DNA of 64,000 nt from Felis catus (taxonomy: Eukaryota): NCBI RefSeq assembly GCF_018350175.1, contig NC_058369.1, positions 5,022,001 to 5,086,000 on the forward strand. The letters are read 5' to 3'. The position numbers were made by a program, and so were the translations under genes. The notes under the pieces were generated by a model. It did not search any database. It worked only from the letters and a program-made list of their open reading frames with translations, and was not told the origin of the DNA. Every line of letters starts with the position of its first letter. The stretch's first letter is position 1. Of this stretch, positions 56,966 through 64,000 are shown piece after piece.

Positions 56966-58484
56966 ACAGTAAACAAGAAAATCAACAAAATATTACGGTA
57001 AGTGCTGCAGACAAAATAGGCCACGGGTCAAGTTGGAGAAGAGGAAAGGGTCATGCTTCTGGAGGGTGGTCAAGACAAGCTGAAAGCTGTAGGATAAGGA
57101 GCTAGTTCTGGGAAGAATGGGGGGGGGGGCAAATGCTGTGCAAAGGCCCTGTCGTGAGGAGGGTCTGAAGGAAGGTGAACGATGAAGGGAGAGAGCTGGG
57201 AATAAGATTGGGGAGGAAGGCACTTCACTCGCCTGGCTGTGGGTACATGTGCAAAATTAAACGTGATGGGAAGTCCTTGGAGGGTTTAAGCAGACTGGTA
57301 GGTTGACGGGGTCCTACTAGCTGCTCTGTGGGGGACCAGGCTGTAAGGGTGATAGAAATGGAAGTGAGGGGACATGGGCAGAGGGAGTCGATGGAGGTGT
57401 CCCACAGGGATGTGATGGTGCCATGGACTAGGACTTGGGACTAATGGATGGGCTCCCATTTTGGTGGTTGTGCCAATCAGAGTTTCTGATGGTCCAGATG
57501 GGGGAGGGGTAGAAGTGAACGAAAGGAGGCAAGATATTGTCTAAGCTTATAACTTAGGAACCTGCCCAAATGGGGACATTGTCTGCTAAGATTGGAAGGC
57601 TGGGGAGAGCCAGGTTTTGAGGAGTTCTGATGGGGCTGAGTTACCATGGAGAAGGAAGGCGGCATAGCCTAATGGTTAGTGCGGTGGGGAGTAGCTCTGT
57701 CCTCCCAGGGGACATTTGGCAATGCCTGAAGATATTTTTGGTTGTCACTACTGGAGGGAGTTGTGTGCTCCTGGCATCTAGTGGGTAAAGAACAAGGGTG
57801 CTGCTGATATCCTAACTGTCCTATAATCCCAGGGGCAAGGACTCTAGCTGCATGGGGGTCTGAGTTCCAGTCCTGACTGTGGGATCTTGGATGACTTACT
57901 GAAACTTTCCGTGACTCAGTCTCCCCACTTTTCAAATGGGGGTCACCATAGCCCATGCCTTATAGGTCTGTCACAAGAATTAAGTGAGCATAATGGTTGT
58001 AAAGTCGTCACATGCCGCAAGCAGAACCTATTGTGATTGGTAAACAAACTCATTCGGGTGGATGAGATCATCTGGAGAGGGAGGGGGGAGAGAGAGAGAG
58101 AGAGAGAGAGAAGGAAAGGGGTCTGAGTCCCAGGGTGCAGCAGCATGGAGAGGTCAGGGAGAGGAGGAAGAAGCAGCCAAGGAGTCAGAAGAGAGCCAGT
58201 GACTCAGGAGGGAGGAAAGCCAGAAGGATGTAGTATCCAGAGGCCAAAAGAGGAAAGTGTACTCAGAATGATCCCCACCTGAGTACAGTGAGGTGTTGGT
58301 ACTTGGAAAAGAACAGTTCTACTGAAGTGGACGGGAATAGTGTTGGAAAGTATAATAAATAACAACAATAGAAACAGCTCCGATGTATGGAGCCCTTACT
58401 ATGTGCAAGTGTTGTCCAAAGTACGTGAAACGTATTACCTCCTTTGGTTTTCACAGCAAATCCATGGAGTAGGTGCCATTACAT

Positions 58485-59005
58485 TCAGGTTACCTCTTCT
58501 GTGAATTGGAGCACCCCAAACTTGATGACGTAGGACAACTATTTTAGAATTCCCACAGATTCTGTGAGTCAGGAATTCAAATGGAGTGTGGAGATGATGG
58601 TTTGTCAGCCCCACGATGAGAAGCCTTGAATGTCTGAGGGCTGGAATCAGCTGGAGTACCCTTCACTCACAGTCTGGGCTGGGGTGACTCAAGGCTGAGC
58701 TCAGCGGGGGCTGGTGCCTGGAGCACTGGCATGCGGGCTCTGTGTGTGGCTTGGGCTCCCTCACAACATGGTGACTGGGTTTTGAGAAGGAGTGTGGAGA
58801 GACCAAGTGTTTTACAAGGTGGAAGCCGCTGACCTACTTGGAGACCACGTAGTGTCGCTTTGCTGCAGTCACCAAAACCTGCCTGGATTCCAGGGCCGGG
58901 GAATCAGACTCCACCCCCTGAGGGTGGTGTGACAAATCACCCTGCAGAAGAGCTTGCTGCATGGGTGATATGTTTGTGGCCATCTTTGGAAAGCACAATC
59001 TGTTA
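58485..59005. mobile_element. MLT1 (F/G-like) LTR
   Basis: gattctgtgagtcaggaattc...ggcttgggctccctcacaacatggtgactggg...tgtggccatctttggaaa. Confidence 0.65.
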
Positions 59006-60834
59006 CTGATTATTAACCCTAGTCTCACAGATGAGGACATGGAAACAGGAAAAGTTTAAGTGAGTTGCCCAAGTTAACAAGTAGCTATGTTGGGATTTGA
59101 AACCCCAAACCTGTGACCACCATAAGCACTATATGAATATTGCCTCTTTGAAGGGACATATGAAACTTAGAAGATAGTCTTGGCTTCACATTTCTGGTTT
59201 TCTCAGTCAGGGTTTAGCCAGGAAAGCAGAAATCATCTTAGATCTTTCAGAGAGGATTTAACTCAGGGAATGGCTCATGGATGATGGGGGAGCTGAGCAG
59301 ACAGATGGGGAATACTGAGGCAACCCAGAGAGTGGCCACTAGTCTAGAGAAACAGTAGAAGAGGTGACGTGACTAGGATCCAGAGGCCAGAACCATGCAG
59401 GGGAATCCAGGACGTTGCTCAAGAGCTATTATCATCAGGGAGCTGAGACCAGGAAGGAGACATATTTGTTGCTGTGAAGAGGCACAGCAAGAGAGGGAGA
59501 AATACCCTGGTTTCTCTTTCTCCCGCCCTCTGGTTTCCTGCCTGGGCATCCCATTGGCTAAGCCTACCTGGAAGCCAGGGTGCAAAGGAGCCTGGGAAAT
59601 GTAGTTCCCTTTGCTACAGAGTAGAGCAAATGGCAGGCAGGGAATGGCTCTGAGAGCAAGCAGGCCAACGGTCCTCATAGTGACTGCCTCTTTGAGCTCA
59701 GGTATTATCTCAACGGGAGCAGCTGCTACTGCTATTTGCCTGAGAACAGACGAAACGCAGCGGTTTTAATTTGCAAGGCAGGGTCCTTTTTAGCTCTAAT
59801 GGCTCTGGTGGTTTTGGAGTTCAGCTCAATCTTAGATCAAACCCAGATCTCCTTTCTTAGGATTCTCCACCAGCACACAGCTCATCAGCCTTCCTCTAGA
59901 CAACCCATCAGAGATCTTCCTGCCGTCATTATGTCCCCGGCTTCCTCCAAGTCACCTCCAGGCCTGGTGGAACACCACAGCACCTTCATGGCTGCTCAGC
60001 GGATAGTGTGTTTCCAGAAATCCACCTGGGGTTGTCTGTCTTGTGCCTGTTTGTCCTGGGGCCTCGGAATGATCCCCACCTGAGTGCAGCATCCAGCACC
60101 CCAAGAGATGTGCGGCTGTTCCCTTCAGTGTGCTCTGTGTTGGGGCATGGGACTGGGGGAATTGGGGGAAAGGCATCAATCATTTGTGCTTCCCTCTCAA
60201 GGACTCAGAGATATGGCCAAAGGGTGGGGTGCTTGGGGGACAAGCACCCGCCCCATTTTGATGGCACAGTTTTGCTCTCCAGTTTTGGCAGATCAGCACC
60301 TGATACTGCCCTTTGTTCACTCCCTCCCACTCCCCCTTTCTCATTCTGCTCCAGCCATAGTGGCCTCTGACCTCTTCTTCCTATGCACCAGGCAGCATCC
60401 TGCCTCAGGGCTTTTGTCCTGGCTTGTCCCTCTGCAGGCAGGCACCCACCTGGATCATTCCATCCTTCAAGGCTTTGCACCGACATCACATTCTCAGTGA
60501 AGCCTCCCAGACCTCCTTATTTAAAACTGCACCCCCTCCTGGCATTTTCCATCCCTTTAATCCCACTTAGTTTTCTTCCTTAATACCTCCCCCCCTCCAC
60601 ATATGTATTCGTGTAACACTTTGGTGTCTCCTTCTACCAGAACGTCAGCCTCGCACAGGCAGGGGTGTGTATCCCTTTTGTTCACAGCTGTATCCCCAGC
60701 ACTGGAATCAGTACCTGGGGCCTAGGTGATGCCCAATAAATATTTGTTGAATCAATGAAGGGGTGGTTGCAAAATTAGAGTGTTCTCTCATGTGACATCA
60801 TCTGATCATATGTTATGTACCCTTTTAGTTTACT

Positions 60835-61093
60835 TCTTTTTTCAAATATATTTATATATTATTTTATATATTTTATAAATTCTATAAATTAAATGTAGTT
60901 TATATATTTATTTAGAGGGAGAGAGAGAGAGCATGAGCAGGCAAGGGGCAGGGAGAGGAGAGAGAGGATCCCAAGCACGTTCCGTGCTGTTAGTGTGGAG
61001 CCCGACGTGGGGCTCGAACTCACAAACCGTGAGATCCTGACCTGAGCAGAAATCAAGAGTCGGAGACTTCACTGGCTGAGCCACCCAGGGCGC
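60835..61093 (-). mobile_element. SINEC with AT-rich tail
   Basis: Antisense SINEC; imperfect TSD tagt(tta/ctg)cttcttt. Confidence 0.85.
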
Positions 61094-64000
61094 GGGGGGG
61101 GGGGGGTAGTCTGCTTCTTTAACTCGGCACCTTCTTTTGCGGTTTATTGTAGTGCTGTGTGCATCAGTCCTTCCTGCCTTATTCCTGAGTAGTATTCCAG
61201 CACACAGACGCCCCCCACTTTGCTAATCCTTTCTCCCGTCGATGGACACTTCGGGTGGCCATGTTTTGGTTACCACTAGTATGGTTGCTGTGAACGTTTG
61301 CTTTCATTTCTCTGTGTAGACGCCGTGGGGGTGGGGAGAATGCATCGCGTAGTAGGTGCAATGTCTAACCTTTTAAGAAACTGCCAAGCCATCCTTCCAA
61401 CTTGGTGGCACCGTTTGACATCCCAGCCCCCGGGGTGTGAGGGTCGCCTGGAGCGCTGCTCCTCCCTCTTCGCCACCCCTCGGTCCTTGGCTTTATCAGG
61501 CACCTCTGCCATTTCACCAGATCCCTCCCGTGGCTCCCTGTGCTGGTTCCCGTGCTCACTCACCACCGCTGTAACGGTGTCATGTCGCTGTCTGTTCAGT
61601 GTCTGTCTCCCCACTAGACTGTGAGCTCTGTAGAGACGGGGTTCTGTCTGTGTTGGCCACCACCGGGTCCCAGGCCTTGGCACACAGTAGGCACTCAGTA
61701 CATGCTTGCTGAATGAATGAATGAATGAATGAGCCTGGCTGTTGGGCCAGGTGCTGGAGTGGAGATTCAGTTGGTATTTTCATGCCCAGAGTGAAGATGA
61801 GGACGCCCCCCCCCCCCACCAAGTTGGTGCAGTGACCCACCCAAGTTTGTTTTAGTGGGCGGCCGCCAGGCTGGGAGTCGAACCATGTCTCTCTGACCCC
61901 CTTGACAGGCCCTGAGAAGCTGAGTGTGTGCTGGGGTGAGAGGGGAGGAGAGAGAAGAGAGACAGGCTGGCGTAGGGGGAGGTTTTGAGGGCCAGGATGA
62001 GGAGGTGATGCTCTGCACCCCTGCTTCCAGGCTTCAAAAAGAGTGCACAGCATGCCCAGCCTCTCTGGTCTGCAAGATGAAGTCTTGCAGTCCCAAGATT
62101 AAGGGGCTTCAGGGCTGAACACGGAGGCCCCCCCCCCCACCTTCCTCTGTCTCCCTGAGCAAGCCCTGGTAACAGGCATTTCCTGTTTCCGGTGGCTCCC
62201 TGGGCTGGGCTGGGGGTGGGGGAGCAGATTGCGGCACTTGTGCTCAGCTGTGGGTCCCTCTCCTGCTCCCTGCCCCCAGCCACCAAACGGGGCCTCCGTC
62301 CCTGCACACTGGTTCCCTGGAGGAGGGTGGCAAGCTAACCAAACTCTGTGGCTCTTTCTTTGTCTTGGGCACGGGTGGTGAGGGGCCTGCAGGCAAAGGG
62401 GAAGTGTCTGGGTGCTGATTTGCATATGGGCCAGATGCCAGCCCAGCTCTCCGATATTCTGGTGGAAGGGGGAGGGGGGCTGAGGGGTTCGCCTCACCAA
62501 CGGGGAGGAAATGTATTCACACGCCCCTCCTACCTTTGGTTAAAAGGCCTCCTGTCCTTTGCCACCTTCTCCCACGCTTTGGGCTACCGAGAAGTCCTTG
62601 TGGTGGTCTAACCTCAGTCATTCCTGCTGTCTGAGGGAGCCCCCCGTTTTTCAGCTGGGCCTACCCCATCCAGGAGGGCCGATGAGTCATAGCCCCTTTC
62701 GCCCCTTGAGATGTCACATGACTGGGGGGAAGAAGTCTCAAGGCTCAGCTGATCTCCCTGAGGTCAGGAGGGAACTTCCTCCCTCTGGCCAGATGAGGCC
62801 AAGTGCTCTGTTGCCCCTGGTGACTTGAGAGCCCTGTCTGGAGTCAGCCTACCGCTGTGCAAAGGCTGCTGGGCAGGAGAGTGTTACATGTGGTTCCTGT
62901 CATGTGCCGAACCTCTTTCGTGGCATCAGGAGGCAGCCTGGTGTGGTTCAAAGAGGTGCAGTGGTACAGTGGTTAGGGGCATGGCTTCTGGGCTCCGAGA
63001 ACTTGTATCTGGCTTTTCATTCCTTCCTGTGTGGCCTCAGGCAAGTGATACATCCTCACTGAGGCTCAGGTGTCCCATCTATAAAATATGGGTTCACGCA
63101 TTCCCCAACTTTTGTTGAGCATCTCCCGGGTACCAGGCGATGTACTAGGTGTTGAGGCCACAGCAGTGAACAAACTATACTGAGAATCCTCTCCTAGTGG
63201 ATGTTCTAGTGTGTGAAGGGGGACAGACTGACAATAACAAAATAAATAAGAGAAATACACCGTGCCCCAGAAAAAACACAAGGCAGAGGAGAAGATGGAG
63301 AGTGCTAGGTGTGTGTGTGTGGGGGGGGGTGCAGTTTTAAGTAGAGTGACTGGGAAGGTCTCATTGAGAAGTGACATTTCATCAAAGGCCTGAAAGAGAC
63401 AAGGAAGGGAGGCACTGTGTTAACTGGAGATGGACATTCTGATCAGAGGGAACAGCCTGTGCAAAGGTCCTGGGGCACTACTGTGCGTGGCATGTTGGAG
63501 GGACAGCAAGGAGGCCTGTATGGCTGGAGCAGAGTGAGGAGGAGGGAGGGAGGAGGGGAAGGTGGGGAGGGGATGGGGCAGGTCGTGTGGGGCCTTGTGG
63601 TTGGCATCTGGGTAGGGTGGGAGTCTTGGGAAGATTGTGACAATATTTGAAAATAAATGATATGGGTCCAAGGGCAGAAGCAAGGATACAATAAGGAGGC
63701 CATTGCAATAAAGCAGGTGAATGATAATGGTGGTTTGGGCCAGGCAGGTGCAGAGAAGGGGCGGGATTCTGGCTGTATTTGGAAGGCGGAACCAGCAGGA
63801 TTTGCTGATGGATTGGAAGTGGATGAGAGAGAAACAGAGGAGCCAAGGTGACCCCAACATTTTGGGCTCGAACAACTGGAAGGACAGATGGGGTTAGAGT
63901 GTGCCTCCTAGACCTCAGTAGCAACATTGTCGGGAGGATCGAACAAACCTATGCGTGCCAAACTCTTCATCCCAGCTTTGGAAGAGGCTACATTCTCAAT

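Noticed and set aside
61094-61106. Poly-G run at the SINE boundary (also ~32990-33007 and 4296-4307)
   Set aside because: Homopolymer length is unreliable and may be an assembly artefact; intronic, no functional evidence.
48051-64000. Additional VAV1 exons or a nested gene in intron 1
   Set aside because: No ORF resembling VAV1 exon 2 (FLCLKNIRTF...) or any recognisable protein; listed ORFs mostly overlap TE relics or GC-rich non-coding DNA.

Overview
GC-rich mammalian genomic DNA. Carnivore tRNA-derived SINEs of the feliform (cat-like) type point to a feliform carnivore. The gene order matches human 19p13.3. It holds five genes. C3 (minus strand) is present as exons 1-17 (signal peptide, beta chain, RRRR linker, C3a) and continues off the left edge. 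GPR108 (minus, 18 coding exons, 547 aa), TRIP10/CIP4 (plus, 14 constitutive coding exons, 547 aa) and SH2D3A/NSP1 (minus, 9 coding exons, 576 aa) are complete; TRIP10 also has a proline-rich cassette exon that runs into a 141-nt N gap. VAV1 (plus) contributes exon 1 and about 16 kb of intron 1. I placed all exons by hand from GT-AG boundaries and each gene keeps a continuous reading frame. The rest is old TE-rich DNA (SINEC, MIR, L2, L1M, MER20/MER58/MER46, MLT1) plus a ~1.7 kb minisatellite filling C3 intron 9. I cannot support a wholly new gene system here. The best leads are: two extra cysteines in C3 MG5 that may form a new disulfide; an N-glycosylation sequon inside C3a; the intron-9 VNTR; a MIR6791-like mirtron locus in GPR108; MIR-derived splice and poly(A) signals at both ends of SH2D3A, one creating an overlapping uORF; and a near-perfect CTCF site between SH2D3A and VAV1. 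Comparisons with human sequences and repeat consensuses are from memory and need alignment to confirm.
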